Source: Raillietiella orientalis
Taxonomy: Eukaryota
NCBI GenBank assembly: GCA_036172245.1
Contig: JAYWIR010000005.1
Span: forward strand, 2,542,001-2,606,000
Direction: 5' to 3'
DNA: 64,000 bases
Every line of letters starts with the position of its first letter. Within the stretch, counting starts at the first letter, position 1. The translations under genes and the position numbers were made by a program. The notes under the pieces are model-generated. The model was not told where the DNA came from. It saw only the letters and a program-made list of their open reading frames with translations, and searched no databases. Shown in pieces: positions 13,501 through 27,619 of this stretch.

Positions 13501-15755
13501 AGGGGGCGACCTATCCAGGATAGTCCAATGGAGGCCAATCTCGATCCTTAACCCGAATGCCAAGTGGTTGACAAAGATCTGGGCCTAAGCAAAGTTATGT
13601 CGAGGCCGATATCTCCTGTTCAGACGTGTGCGGTACCCGGACGCCACATGCTGGACAATGTCAAGTGCGCGCAGGCTATCGTGGGACTTAGCCGATACGT
13701 CGGTGAGAAACTGGTACTTGCGTTCACGGACATGGAAAAAGCCTTCGACACAGTCGACAACGGGATGCTGCTGAAGATTTCGGAAAAGCTGGGACTTCCA
13801 GAATACTTCAGCATCTTCGTGCAAATGGTCCTACGGAATCAACGCTTCCGGATTAAAATCAATGGAATGGAAACGGCAGTCATTCGGATGGAACGAGGAG
13901 TTCGGCAGGGCGAATCGCTAAGTCCAATGCTGTTCGTTATCTATATGGAGGCACTCTCTTCTTTCGTCGAGAAGAACGGACGTTTGAACGGAGTGACCGT
14001 AGACGACCAGAAGCTCACCCATCTAGCCTACGCGGAAGATCTCCTCTTCTTCATAAGAGGAAAGAGGGATCAACAAACGTTCCTGCATGTGGTGAGCCTC
14101 ATGAAAGATGGACTGTGCTTAAAGATCAATGCTCAGAAGAGCCAGCTTTTGCCCGTCGGAATACTGGATCTCTCCGCCCTCACGGAAAGTGGATTCCGTA
14201 CAGTAGACACGGCCAAGTACCTGGGAGTCTACATAGGCGACGACTCCGCCTCGAAGCTACTGTGTACGGAAATCCTGGTGAAAACGGCCAAGGAAGCAGC
14301 AGAATACATTCGACTGGACTTTGGGATGAAGCGAAGGGCCAACCTGTGGAACGGAGTACTCCTTCCAAAGGTACTCTTTGGGGAGGCCTTCGCTAGAATG
14401 AACAAAGTAACCACGAGAGAGGTAGAGAAGGTGCAACGGAAAATACTGTAGGGCCACTATTGCCCAAGAGTTCGTCTGAAACCCCTGTGTCGTCCCAGGG
14501 AAGAAGGCGGTTCAGGGATGAAGTCGCCTGCACATTCCATGGAAATCGTGGATACGCGACACATCCTGGACATATCCACCCACTGGAATGACTGGACGTA
14601 TGCGGTGCATAGGGCCTACGCGTTGTTGCTGAGCAACTCGAAAGGCCTGATGACTGTGCTGCTAGGCCGAGCAGGATAGTGGACACCCAACCTGGAGGAG
14701 GCAGCTACGGCTGGTGCGTAAGCACAAAATCAAGATCGTGCCGCGAAGTAGGGAACCTTGGCAGGAAGAGTCCATCCTGGTGATGCCCTGCATGCTTCTG
14801 GTCCCTTCGGACACGAGAAGCTGGATCTACCGACGGTCCAGAGTTACCCTGCAACGAATCCAGGAGTGGAGAAGAGGAAGTTACCTACATCATACTCGTA
14901 TACTTCGGTATATAGAGATGATGTTAGGAAGGTACATCCATATGACCCGCGAGGTGTGGATCAACCACAACGATCTCGCGTGGTCTAGGGTAACCAAAAT
15001 AAACCTCAGAAGATATATTCAAGAAGACGACCGTGACATCAGTGCCCTCCAAGAAGCAGCCGATCTCTACGGGAGTCATCGAATCAACCTGCTAGCGATT
15101 GGCACGACACTTTGGAGGAGTGACCTACCGCCGGACACGCAGGACAACCTCCTGATGTTTTATCATGGAGGAATCCAAAGCGGGTCCAGACTTCAGTACT
15201 TCACCGGAAGACGGGAAGATCGAATCTGCTCAGCATGTGGTGACACCGACACGAGACTTTACGTCTTGATGTGTCCCACATTGCTACACAACTGGCTGAT
15301 CCTGAAAAGGATCATTGGACTCACCACCAGGTCCACAATGGAGATCCTCGCCGGGATGCTTCATGGAGATGGTAATGTTCCCTGTTACAATCCCATGGTG
15401 AGGACGACCATTGCCCTCTTCATCACCGCCATACTTGTGCGGTGGTGGAAGATGAGGAAAGCCAGGAGAGCCGCACCTTCGATGGAGATCCTCCAAGGAC
15501 TCATCAAGAAGGAGATCGGCATCAGGAATTGTGGACGAATGCATGCCTGGACCTACCGATTCATCCTGAAGAGGATTGAAGATGACGCCCGGGACCAAAC
15601 ATCTGGAAACCCACCCTGAAAGCAGAACTTGTAATATCCCCAAGGACTTCAGAGTGATGTAAAGTGGGTATGTTGTATGAATGTGATTCTAGAATGAATG
15701 TGTTTCTAAAAATGAAAAGTAAATTTACCCCACCCCTTGTGGGACTTGGGCAAAA
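10511..15755 (+). mobile_element. F6 LINE (divergent, less GC-rich family), near full length
   Basis: ORF1 from ATG 10515 with CTGCKQFGHRAGAC and CFRCGKIGHQVRNC. ORF2 EN (LQETH, NVYGP, GDLN, IDH, SDH), RT (DMEKAFD, QGESLSP, YAED, YLGV) and C-terminal CSAC. 3' hairpin at 15728-15750. Confidence 0.9.
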
Positions 15756-17087
15756 TTGCCGAGTCGTCGATGGGGCGACTGCCTGCAGTGTGCTCTTGCG
15801 CGACGCGCCACTGCTTTTTACGGCATCTGTAGCCATCGCAGAGGGACCTGCGTTGCATTGGGTCTTTGGGAACTCGGAAAGGACAACAGAATGGCGCAAG
15901 AAGTACTCGCTCTGTTGCAATCTTCCTGCTTTCCTACCTTTCGGTCTAGGGATTTCCGGAGATTTCCTGGCTCCTGGCTCGGAGAGGTACTCCCGAGTTC
16001 GGCAGCGAGGGCGGACACGGCACGCGTCGCACCCTCGCGCCCCTTTTTAATTGGCTTCCCCGCCGTGATCTCGCCCTTTCGGGGCGTTGCGGCTGGAGAT
16101 GCCGTCTTCTTATCCGCGTATTGCTGTGCTTTTTTGCCAAGCCTCTGGGAGCGTTTTTTCCTGCGTGCAGCGGCTTTTAGGGCATTGGTCTTTAGAACAC
16201 GACGATCTTCCGCTGCTTCCCTTTTTTTTACAAGTTCCGGGCACTTGTTTATTCCGTGACAGGAATCTTTGCAGTAGCGGCATTTCGGAGTGGGTCATTT
16301 TTTCATTCGGTGCCTCTCCTTGCCTCACATCTCGCACGCGCGAGACCGACCTCCGAGCCTTAGGTGAACGACCGTGCCGTTCACCTGCAGCTGCTCAGGC
16401 ACAACACGCATGTTCGCCAGGACCTAATCCGACCAAATCCTTTAGAGGATTTGGTCTCCACCACAGAGCGTGAACGGTGGCGAACTTCGCCAGCACTCTT
16501 ACAACATCGCGCTCGATGATTTCCGGTTCGATGTCGCACAATTGAACGACAAAAGATTCGTCCATCGCGGTAGGTAGGACTTCCTTGCCACCGATGGTCA
16601 GCGGAGTACGGAGAAGGCTCTGCACGAGTGCTGCGTTCTTGCACCGTATCTTCGTGTATTCCATCCTGCCTGCAGGCATGATGGCAAAAAATTCCTTCTC
16701 TCGAACGCCGATCCGGACGAGCTCATCGTTGAGTTCACGCCCGGTCCTTCCGTTAAGGAGCCCGCTGACCTTATAACGGAATGCGGGCATGTAGCCGGAT
16801 GCCACATAGGCCTGCAACTCCGCATCGCAGGGTCCTGTTCCCTGAGAGGTAACAACGGCGTAGCTCCTCACAAAAGGCGAGGAAACCGTCACGGACGATG
16901 CGGCCGCTTCCAGTCCAGTGGAAGTGGATTTAACGGCTTGTTCTTCCACACTATTCTGGAAGTGGCAATGTTGCATGCACAACGAGGCTTGGCCGACTTT
17001 ACAGAAACACACAAGAGCGAGCGAAAACGCAGGCACAAAGATTCTTAATCGTGGGCGCGGAGAGACAGAAAAACACGTCTGCACTGT
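15756..17087 (-). mobile_element. F3-like LINE 5' end and partial ORF1
   Basis: AGACGTGTTTTT at 17069-17080 (minus strand); ORF1 DAELQAYVASGYMPAFRYKVSG homologous to the 5349 and 40458 ORF1s. Confidence 0.82.
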
Positions 17088-17300
17088 ACGAGACCGGGAG
17101 ATCGAACGGACCTCGGCTGGACGGATGCTGTGGCGCTGCGGCACCCAAAATCTAGCGGTGTCGCCTTCCTGCTTCGGCCAGCCATCGAGACCGCAGTAAA
17201 GGGCGTACGGTTCGACGATCACGGTCGTGTCGTCCAGCTGATTCTCAGGTGGTCCGACTCCATCGACCTGATCGTCACGAGCGTGTACGCCTCGAGCGGC
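17088..17300 (+). pseudogene. Endonuclease fragment of an F1-like host
   Basis: GVAFLL...FDDHGRV...IDLIVTSVYASSG; similar to 23350-23550. Confidence 0.8.
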
Positions 17301-19340
17301 TTCCTTGGTGAGCGGACGTGTTTTTCCTGCGCTCCGACAGCGAGGTCTAGTGAGTGGTTCTTTCTTGCGCAGTGTCTGCGATTTTCACATTGCCGGTTTC
17401 CAATTGCTACGATGCCAGAGGACACCGCGATGGAAGTAGGCCTGAGGGAGGCAAGTTCGCCCCCACAGCCTACTACATCAGGGGCATCTGCCCCGGAGTC
17501 ATCCCCGGACTCCCCGAGGACATGGAGCGCCATGGTGGCCGCGCCCAGCGCGGAAGCCATGGCGGAGATGGCCGCGTACAAGGCCTCCGGATACAAGCCG
17601 TCGCTTGTGTACCAGGTAGGCAACTTGTTCGACGGCCGGACAGCGCGCGACTTAAGCAAAGCGTTGAAAGACGCGAATGTGATGGAGAAGGATCTGGACG
17701 GCCTCTCCGTCCTCAGCGGCAGGCAGCGTGACGAGGTGGTCTGTAAAGACGTCACCTTGGCTCACCGCCTAATCCATGCACCGCTGAACGTAGACGGCCG
17801 GAAGATCCTGCCGGTGTCAATAGACAGATCCGTGGTGATCCACATGACCGGCATCACCAGCCGCATGACGCGGTCAGCGGTTGGTGAAGAACTTCGCAAG
17901 TTCAGAGAGGTGCACGCACTGTGGCCGAAACCCACCATTCTTGACGGCTTCGATAGCCTTTTTGGTGGTCAGGCTGCAGCGCGGGTCACCGTCAAGGAGA
18001 ATTGTGGGCTTCCCACAAACTACAGGTGGCACAAGAAAACGTCGACCTGTGGTATGTAGGGAAGCTTTGGTATTGCGGGCATTGTAATACCGTGGGACAG
18101 CTACGTAAAAGGTGTCCCAATATACAATGCCATTTGTGCGGGGAGCGGGGCCACGTTCGGCGCGTGTGCCCCAAACGCCCCACCCCAGTTCCCCCTGCCG
18201 CGAAAAAAGCGAAAGGGAAACGCTCGTCAAAGGTCTCTAGACCTAAAGCGGAAAAGGGCCGGCAGAAGCTGACAACACCTCAACCTCCGGCGCAAAAGCC
18301 GGAGGATAAACCTTCCGAAACGGTGGAAAGCGAAGAGGGATCGCAGTTTGTAGAGGCCAGAAAGCCGAAGAAACTCCCACCCGCGGAGAAGAAAGAGCGT
18401 AAGACGGCCGGTAAGTCGAAAAAACCCGGGCCGCGCTCGAAAACTCTGCGGGAGTGCACGGTAGCACTCGAAAGGATTGCCGTTCCCGAGGCTGCCACCC
18501 GGGGCGACGAGCTTCCCCTCGCTGTTTCCGCCGCGCCCGAGGTTCGCGACTGCACACCCTCTATGTACACAGAGGGTGAGCCGCGCGACGCACGAACCGA
18601 CAGCGAGGACGCCGCGTTTGTACAGGCGGCGGAGGAGCTCGCGGCCACGCTGGCCGAGCGTGAGAACCCCTCACGCAAGGCTGTGCGAAGGCCGGCTCCA
18701 GCAAAGAAGGCACCCGCAGTTAAGTGCGACCTGGGGGACGGAAGTTCATCCTTCTCCGCGGAGGCACCCCCAGGAAGTCGGGACGCAAGTCCCAGAAACC
18801 CAAGAGGCGCCTCCCCTCCACCAGCGAGGAGGAGAAGCAGGAAGGCAGCGACTGCATGGGAATCCCGGAGGGAGAACTCCCAAGCTCGGAAGCCGTCGAG
18901 CCGGCCACCCCCATGGAGGAGGGTGAGCAGGGGGATGAAGTCCTCCTTGCAGTCGCCGATCCTGAACAGCCCGCCCCTATGGAGGAGGGCCAACAGGTAG
19001 ACGCGACCCCACCTGCGGGTGACCCGCTCGACGCGCCGTTAACCATGGAGGAGGGGGACCAGGTGCCTTCAGCACCTGACCCTCCTCCTCCACCTTGCGT
19101 CCCGCCCCGGCAGGTGGCGGACGCCGCACTGCCACTTTCCCAGGAGTAAAACCTGGGCTCGCCAGTCGCTGTCGGATCCTCGCGGCCTGTTGGAATCTCA
19201 ACGGGCTGCGCGACGACGGTAACAGGCGAGATACAGTCGACACCCTGTGTGAGCTCGACCTGGCCCTGCTGCAGGAGATCCACGTGATCACCGCGGCAGA
19301 CGTCCAGGACATCGAGACGATCGCGGGGTGTCGGCTGTTT
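17301..19340 (+). mobile_element. F4 LINE 5' part: ORF1 and start of the endonuclease
   Basis: GGACGTGTTTTT at 17314; ORF1 with CHLCGERGHVRRVC; ORF2 start WNLNGL...LQEIH. Confidence 0.87.
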
Positions 19341-22300
19341 ATCACCCGGGTGCGCCGGGGCGTTTATTACAAACTATCCGGGAACAGAGTTCCCGGACAA
19401 AGGGGAAAACAAGATACGAAAAGGGTGGGATCCCCGACACGCAGGTCGGTATGCTGAAAGTCCGGAACGGGAGAAAGGAGACCACAAATACACTACCATA
19501 TAAAATAAAAATAAAAATATAAAGGGCAGGAGACAAGGATCTTTGGTGAGTCCGTTCCTTCCTTTCAAAACCGGCGATGGATGCCGGCGATCTCTCTCCT
19601 TACGTCCTGTGGAAGATGGGCTCACTCGGCAGCCGACGACATGCTTGCGCTGGCTAATCCAATCGGCTGACGAAGGATGGCCAACTACTCCAGTTGTCGG
19701 TGGGCCTTGTCGATGGCGCGAATGCAACACACGGTTGCAACAACAGCACCTGAGGACAGGCCGCCTGGCGTGAAGAAGCGGCGCATCAAATCCCTCGCGG
19801 TTTCCCCCTGGTGCAGGAGAGCTGAGGGCAACCTCAGCCACAGTCCTAGGAGGGCACCGCAGTCCAAGAGCAGGTGCGGGAGCGTTTCCACTTCCCCGCA
19901 CCGCTTACAGTTTGGGGAGACAACTCCCCCGGAAACAAGGTTCGTGCGCTGGTTGGAGTGAAAACCCCAATGCTCTAGCATAATCACGTCTTGCTTCCAC
20001 GAAAGGGGGAACACAGAAGTGTTCAAACACGAGGGAGGGACCACAAGTTCTTCGGGAGGCACACTCAAGTGTTCGCTCCACCGAAGGAGTCCCTTCGGTA
20101 TGTGGCGAGGCGTGGCGGCATCTGCCAGCTCGCAAGTCCTCCAGCCGCCAATAGGTCGCGTTGTTCCTGCAATGGTGCAGGCGACCTCCCATCTCACCGG
20201 ATCGCAGCTGTCATCTCTTCCCCTGAGGGCTGACAGCGCGTCGGCGAGGGGCGTGACGGCCAGTCGAGTCCACTTCTCCTGGCTGTTGCACACTTCATCC
20301 ACCGTGCAGTACGGGGAGAGGTGAGCGCAACGGAGTTCCAAGAGGGTAACATCCTGGTGCTTTGCCCAGCCATGCAACGGTTCCTGCCGCCAGGCTTGAA
20401 AGTTCGTTGGGCGGCAGGAGATAAATTCCTGGGCTTCCAGGAGCCGGTAGAGGAGTTTCCAGGGGAAACCGAAACTTGTCGTGGGGTGCTCCGTGTGCGG
20501 ACGCAGCGACAGAAGTCCGTCGCTGCCGGTGCAGCGCCGCAGGAGCCGGCGCGCAGGAGCGCAACACGGAGTGGACCAAAGGTTGGTGCACAGCGCCAAC
20601 ATTCGAAGCTGCACGTGCAGCTCGATTCTTTCCAGCGTCAGGATGCCTGAACCAGCATCCCGACGCGGAGCCGCCAAGTCTTTCAGGCGGATCCTGGACC
20701 TCACAGGACCCAACAGAGCGTTCCTCAACAGGCTGTGCGCCTGGAGCTTCGCCGAGTAGGGGGGCGGGCAAACAAAAAACAGGGGGCGCAAGAGGGGGGC
20801 AACGAAGGTGTTCCATATCGCGGCCCGCTCCGACAGGAGGAACCTGCCATGCTGGAACCGGCTCAGCGCAATCGTAGCCTTCCGAAGGCACTCCGACCAC
20901 ACTTCTACTGGGCTGATGTTCCCCAGCGGAACGCCCAGATATTGGGTGGACGAAGCGGTCGGGATCCCCAGGCGGATCCAGTCGGACTGCCCCTCCCATG
21001 CCGCACCAATGGGTACGACCACCCTCTTGCTCCTGTTCACGCTCATGCCCGCTTCCCGGTGGATCCGCTCGAAGAAATCCTCGAGACTGGACGCCGGGGT
21101 GGTCATGGGTAAGAGGAGAAGCAGGTCGTCAGCATAGGCCGCCAAGGACGGCGTTCCTGGACAAAGACAATGCCGGTTGGCCAGCGTCAGCCTGTACGCC
21201 CTCTCTACCAACTCAAAGAAGGTGCTGAAGAGAAACGGGCTTAAACTGTCGCCCTGCCTGATGCCCCGCCGCACCGGCACGCCGTACACGTGGCAGCCGC
21301 TGAAAGAGATGGAAATGAGCGCGTGGCACCAGCATGCGCGCAAATACTCCACGAGCTGCACCGGGAGACCGAGACGTTCCAGGAACTTCAGCAGAAGATC
21401 CTGATTTACGCAATCGAACGCCTTATGCGCTCGAGGGCTGACGTCTTTTCTCGGTGCTCCTTGTGCCAGGAATTCTCCCCCAGTGCAAGCGTCGTGTGGT
21501 TTGGTGGTCGATCAGGCAGCGATGCCTGACGAGACCACCAGGGATGGCCAGGGGGCAGCGGCCACGCCGCCCCCAGTGGCAATGGAGAGCCAGGGGACGG
21601 CGGCAACGTCGCTTCCAGAGGCGATGGAGATGGGGGCATCCGCCCCCACAGAATCGGTCCCCGCTGCAGCGCGGGCGTAGAGCGCCATTGTGTCGGCGCC
21701 ATCGCCTGCAGCCGCGACGGAATTGTCGGCCTATGTAGAGGAGGGGTACAACCCCTCATTGTTCTACAAGGTAGGCAACCTTTATTCTTTAGAGAGCGCG
21801 CGAGTCTTTTCGAAGGGTATGCGCGCTCTCGATGTGAAAGAGGAGGAGCTCAACGCTATGACCATCCGCAGCGGGGGTCAGCACGTTGAGGTCATCTGCA
21901 AACAAGCAGAGCTGGCCCAACGACTGCTTAAAACCCCCGTTGTGATGGGGATGCGGAGGCTCCTCCCCACTACGGCGGACCGCAGCATGGTGGTCCACCT
22001 ATTAGGCGTAACCGCGCGAATGCGCAAAGAACAGGTTCGCGCCGCTCTGGAACAGTTCGGAACGGTCCACGCGCAGTGGACGAAAGTTAGTCCTTCCGAG
22101 GACTAAACGGGGCTGCAACAGGGCCTCACGGCTGCGCGCGTGACCGTTCGGGAGGGCTGCCCTCTTCCCCACAAACTGGTTGTCGAAGGCGAAACAGTCG
22201 ACCTCTGGTATGTGGGGAAGCCGAAATACTGCGGCTTCTGCAATACGTCAAGCCACCTCAAAAAGAGGTGTCCCAATGTGCAGTGTTAAGTATGCAGCAC

Positions 22301-25300
22301 AATGGGTCACACGAGGGAGGTGTAACCAAAAGCAGCAGTGCGGGTGGTTTCCAAGAGAATCCTTAAAAAACGCGCCCGGCTTCTGCAGAAAAGGCTGGCG
22401 GCGGAAGCTGCCGCGAAGGCTGTGCCACCCGCGCCCAAGACCTAGGCCGCACCCGAGACCCCGGCGACCAACACCAAAAAGTTGATGGAGCCGGCCAGGA
22501 GACTGGGTGGCAAGTGGCAACGGCCAAAAAATCAAAGAAGGAGAGGAGGATGAAAAAAAAAATCGCCTACCAACAGAAGAAGAAAGAGCAGCGTAGCGCG
22601 ACAATTAAAGAGTGCAGCGTCGACGTCGAACGCGTTCTCGATGTTGCCGAACGCTGCCAGAAAGAACTCGCCGCTATCGACGACCTCCCCTCTGTTGACT
22701 CTGTCAACAACGAGGGGAGCGAGCCGGCGGCGGCGTTCGTCATCGACACCACCATCGATGACGTAGCCTACGCGCGAGCCGCGGAGGAACTGGCTGCCTC
22801 GTTACAGCCAGAACCCTCCAAGGCAGGCAAGGCCGTAAGGCGTCCGGCCTCCCCTGAGCAGTCCCCCACTCCCGACCCCGAGGTGGAGGCCGGAAGCGCA
22901 GCCTCCGTTTCCACGGCACCCCGCAAGAAGCCTGGACGTAAGTCCACAAAGCCGAGGAAGCTCGTCTCCCCCGTCGAAGGGGAAGAGATGGTTTCCGCAA
23001 GCGAGGGTGCCATAAGCGTGGGAAACTCGCGGGACCCGTCGCCCGAGAGACTCCCACGCGCGGACACGAACGGAATGGAGGGGGTGGAGGCCGAACAGGT
23101 GCCTCAGGTGCCTGAGAAGGCCGAAACCCCCATGCATATCCCGCCCGCACGCAAGAGGTGGGCTCCCCCACACCTTAATCTTCCCAGCAGTAATGCCGGG
23201 AATCTCTCGCCGTCGTCTGAGCATCGCCGTTTAGAACGTGAACGGCATGACAGACGCCGCCAGGAGACGAGACATGGCCGCCCTTCTGGAGTCCTACGAC
23301 CTTGCGCTGCTGCAGGTGATCCAGGTGATCTCTGCAGAACAAGCGCAAGATATCGAACGGATCTCCGGAGGGCGGCTATGGTAGAGGTGTGGAAGAGCGA
23401 AAAGTTGCGGTGTCGCGTACTTGCTTCTGCCAGCCATCGAGGCCGCGGCTCTAAGCGTGCAGTTCGACGATCACGGTCGTGTCGGCCAGCTGACTCTCAG
23501 GGGGTCCGACTCGATCGATCTGATCATCACGAACGTGTACGCACCGAGCGGCGCGGACCTGATGAACAGGAGGGCGAGGAAAGAGTTTTTCCTTGCCCTC
23601 CGGCGCGACTGGCTGACCGAAGCAGGCGTGCAGAATGCCCATCTGGTTGCAGGCGATATCAACGTTCCCCTGAAACCAGATGGGCAGAATCCGGAGCGTG
23701 ACCTGGCCAACGAGGTGTGCATGGCGCTGCACACCTGTAATTTGTTGGCCAGTGCACCGGGGATGGAAGACATCATTGACCACGTGTTTCTTGACGAGCA
23801 CCTGTGCCCTCGCGTGGGCAGGCGCTGCAAATTACAATGCGAGCTGTACGACCATCGCCCGATAGACCTCGAGATCTATCCGCGCGACAGGGGCCCCCCC
23901 TCGTTATCGTGGCGTCTCCAAGGGGACTTCCTGAAGCACCAGGACGCGGCGGAACATCTTCGCACGTTCCTACGGAGTTTCAGGCTGCGGACACTCCAGG
24001 ATTGGGACCGCTTCAAGCGGTCGGTCCAGCAGTTCTGCGACCAGTTCCCTCTGCACCGCCTACCTACGGGTTTTCGGACCGGGGTCCGTAACGAACTAGC
24101 CTACCTGCAGGTCCGTTGTTACTCCAGGACCCCCGACATCCGCAGGCTGACAGAATACAAAGCGGGAGCCGAGAGGCAAGCCTGGCAGTCCGGATCGGCC
24201 AGCTTACTGGACGATCAGGGCCAGGAGCACTCGGCACTCGCCCAAATCCGCGGCCTGCTGCGGAGTTTCTACTCCTCTTTGTATGCCAGGGCACCTCCGG
24301 AGAGAAACGTCTCACGACTCCTACTTCCGGAAGGCGCTCTAGCGATCGGCGAGGAGGAGAGAAAAACCCTCGACGAGCCTTTCACGATGGACAAGATCCT
24401 CTTTGCCATCGGAAAGCTCAAGAGGCGCAAGGCTCCAGGGGAAGACGGCCTGCCCGCGGAGTTTTACCGAACTCTCGCGGCTGAGCTTACCCTTCTGGTA
24501 CAGCAACTCACCTTGCTGATTCGCGAGACAGGTGACGTTCCCGCATCGTTTCGTTCGGCAAAGCTGCGGCTCCACCCTAAGGGAGGAGATCTAAGGAGCA
24601 TGAACAACTGGCGTCCCATCACAATAGTGAATGCGGACGACAAGTTGCTAGCTAAGGTTTGGGCAGAGAGGTTGAGACGGGTTGCCAACAACTTCATCTG
24701 CTCGGAACAGACATATGCTGTTTCCGGGCGAAGCAACGAGGCGAACCTGTTCCACGCTTCCACCTGGCTAGAACTCCAACATCAGAGGAGCTTGGTGTGT
24801 AGCCGGAATTCCGGTGCGTGCGCCGGCAAGGGGTCGGATGGTCGGGTGGGGGAGGGAGCCCTTGCGGTCGCAATCGACTTGCGGAAAGCATTCGATTGCG
24901 TCGACCAGAATCTCCTTCTGGAGCTTCTGGAACGCTTGGGCTTCCCGGCCTCATTAGTAAGCTATCTGCGCTCCTGCGGGCGCGACGCGCTCATCAACGT
25001 TACTTTCAGCGGGCAGACCGTGCACGGCGTGCAGGTGCGGCGTGGGATCCGGTAGGGAGACAGCCTGAGCCCCTTGCTCTTCAGTACGTACTTTGAGTTG
25101 GTACTGAGAGCGTACAGGGGAACTCTAGCGCACCTTCCGCACGAATGTGCCGGTACGCCAGCCGTTTTAGCGTACGCGGACAACCTGCTGCTGCTCCCTA
25201 TGTCCACCCCGGCTGCGGCGATCGAGGAGTTCTTCGACCTTCTGCATCGGGGAACCGGACTTACGGTGACCAGGGCGAAGTCGTCAGTGATGCAAGTTGG

Positions 25301-27477
25301 TGCGGCGTGGGCAGGGCAGCAGGACTGGGTCCGTTTGGGGTTCCTCACGGTGAGGTACTTCAAGTACCTTGGTGTGCCCTTGGGAAAATACTCTCCTACG
25401 GAAGCGTGTTCCGGCTGCCTCCTAAAAGAAGAGACGGCGATCGGCCCGTTCCGAGGCGGCAGGTTTTTCCTGCCTGAATGGGCCGTGGTTTGAAACGTTC
25501 GCGGCTCCTCTCCTCCGCCCCCTGCTTTTTGTTTGCTCCCCCACAGAGAGAATTAAGAAACAGACGAACGACCTCCTCCGTATCGCCCTTTGGGGCAACA
25601 AGAGGGCCCGAGTCCGCTTAAAGGACTTGTGCGCTCCTCGTCGGGACGGTGGTCTGGGCCTCCTGACGCTGGAGCGGCTGGAGCTTCAGCTCCAGTTATG
25701 ATTGTCGGCACTTGTTCTAGAGCTGTGGTGCACATGTTGGTACGTCCCTGCACGTCTCCTTCTCCAGCAAGCCACCGGCAAGACGCGACTGACGTCGTTT
25801 CTTGCACTCCGTCGCCGCGTCAGCCGATGCGGACTTCAGCTACGGAGGGTGGCGGCGCTGTCACGGAAAAACCCAGGATTAGTCACCTGTCGCCCTTTGA
25901 ACGGTAGTGCCTGGTTGCAGGAAACCGTTCGAACGTGGGGACAGTTCGGCATGCAACCCTCCCAACAGGAACGAAGGTTCCTGTTTGGGGGTTACAGAAG
26001 TTGCACGCTCCGCAAGCTCCTGGAGGATCCAAAGAAGAGAGCGTGGGCAGGAAGAACCCCCCTCGCTGCTGCGCTGCCCTCCCTGATGGAAGATCTGGAC
26101 CGCGATGTTGCGGCGAAGTGGGAGGTTACAGTAACAATCTCCGGAAAGGAGAAGAAATAGGAGAGTGGAAGACGGGCTAGTTAACAGACGCTGCGACCTC
26201 GAGTACGTCTCTCCATGGACTTCTTCGCTGGGGCGTGCTTCTCGACGTTCCCATTGAACGTTTGAAGTGGCCCTTGGTACTAATGAACACCTCCACCCTC
26301 CCCTTAAAATGGCAGGAGTCGGCATTCCTGTTGCAGCACTGGGGACTCCCCTGCAACGCCCGCCGACACCACTGGACATGGTGAGCGGTGGACCCCAATT
26401 GCGTCCGGTGTGGGGAACGTGATTCCCTCCCCCACCTGCTAGTGGATTATGTTGCCCTTCGGACCCTTTAATTTCGCTTCGATGCGGCCATAGGCATCCC
26501 CTGCGGCAACCTCAGGGACGTTCTTAAAGCCCTCTTCGTTGCCGACGCCCTTCGGCCAGCGGCCTCGTTAGCAGCCCTGAGCTGTCTTCGCGGGATCGTC
26601 GCCGCCAGGAGTAAGGCTACGGGAGAACCACACGACAAGGGTGGCATCCAGCCAGCCTCCCAGTTCCTGAGGAGGGCGTCCCGATGGCCCCACCTGGATC
26701 CAGGAATACAGAAGGAGCTTGCCGGCATCCTGCAAAGGATCCAAGGGCCCCAACAGCAACTGTAATCCCTTCCCTTACCCTCCCAACTTTTCTTTTCTTT
26801 TTTTGTTTTGATTTTGTTTTTCCCCCTTTCTCCTGCTGCCGTGGTGGACCGTACCAGTCTGCGAACCGCTGACCCGGCAGGCTCCCTTGTTTCTTCGTGA
26901 GTGGCTGGAGCAATGGTCCATCCACTGCACGTCTTTGTAAAGGTTTATTAAACAATAAACGCCCCGGCGAAATCCGGGTGAAAATCGAACGCCTTGCGGA
27001 GATCGACCGCAACCGCCAAGGCACCCGGCGCTTCCTCAGGCAGAATGCAGCGACGCCTAGCCCTGGCAGCCGCAGATGCGGTTGCCTGGCTGTCGTGCGC
27101 CACGCGACGTTGCAGCTGGAGCCACGTGCGCGCGAAGAACAGGTTCGCCTCCATGGCCCTCCCGGGAACACTGCAAGTCTGCTCCGGACATACCACGGAT
27201 CCAGCGATCCAAACTAGGCGTGCGACCCAGAGCATGGAGAACAACTTGACGTCCGCATTCACCGAGGTGATGGGACGCCAGTTGCTTAAATGGCGCATGT
27301 CTCCGCCTTTCGGCAAGAGACGCACCCTTGCTGAGCGAAACGAGGCCGGGACATTGCCCGTCTCTCGCATCAACCCAGAAAGCCTCAGAACCAGGGGGAT
27401 GAGTTCCGCCGCGAAGCACTGGAAGAACTCCGCAGGCAGACCATCCTCATCTGGCGCCTTGCACTTCTTGAGGCTCC
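19339..27477 (-). mobile_element. F2 LINE (RT to 3' end), split at HKAFD by the 21428-26982 insertion
   Basis: 26983-27477 encodes RT up to DLRKAFD. 19685-21427 continues HKAFDCVNQ, QGDSLSP, YADD and CKRCGEVETLPHLLLDC. Terminal hairpin at 19342-19368. Confidence 0.9.
21428..26982 (+). mobile_element. Full-length F1 LINE (~5.55 kb) with 16-bp TSD, decayed
   Basis: TSD aatcgaacgccttatg (21412-21427) / aatcgaacgccttgcg (26983-26998). ORF1 ~21522-23193; ORF2 from TAATG 23191 (EN, RT); AATAAA at 26954 plus hairpin. Confidence 0.92.
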
Positions 27478-27619
27478 GCTATGCCGGAGTTTTGCCGCCG
27501 TTGCTAAGGCAGCGGCTGCCCACGGAGCCCCACCCGACGAGGCAGAGCTGCGGGCGTACGCCGCTAGCGGCTACAATCCCCCTCTGGCCTACAAGGTCAG
27601 TGCTGCGTACCGGGATGGG

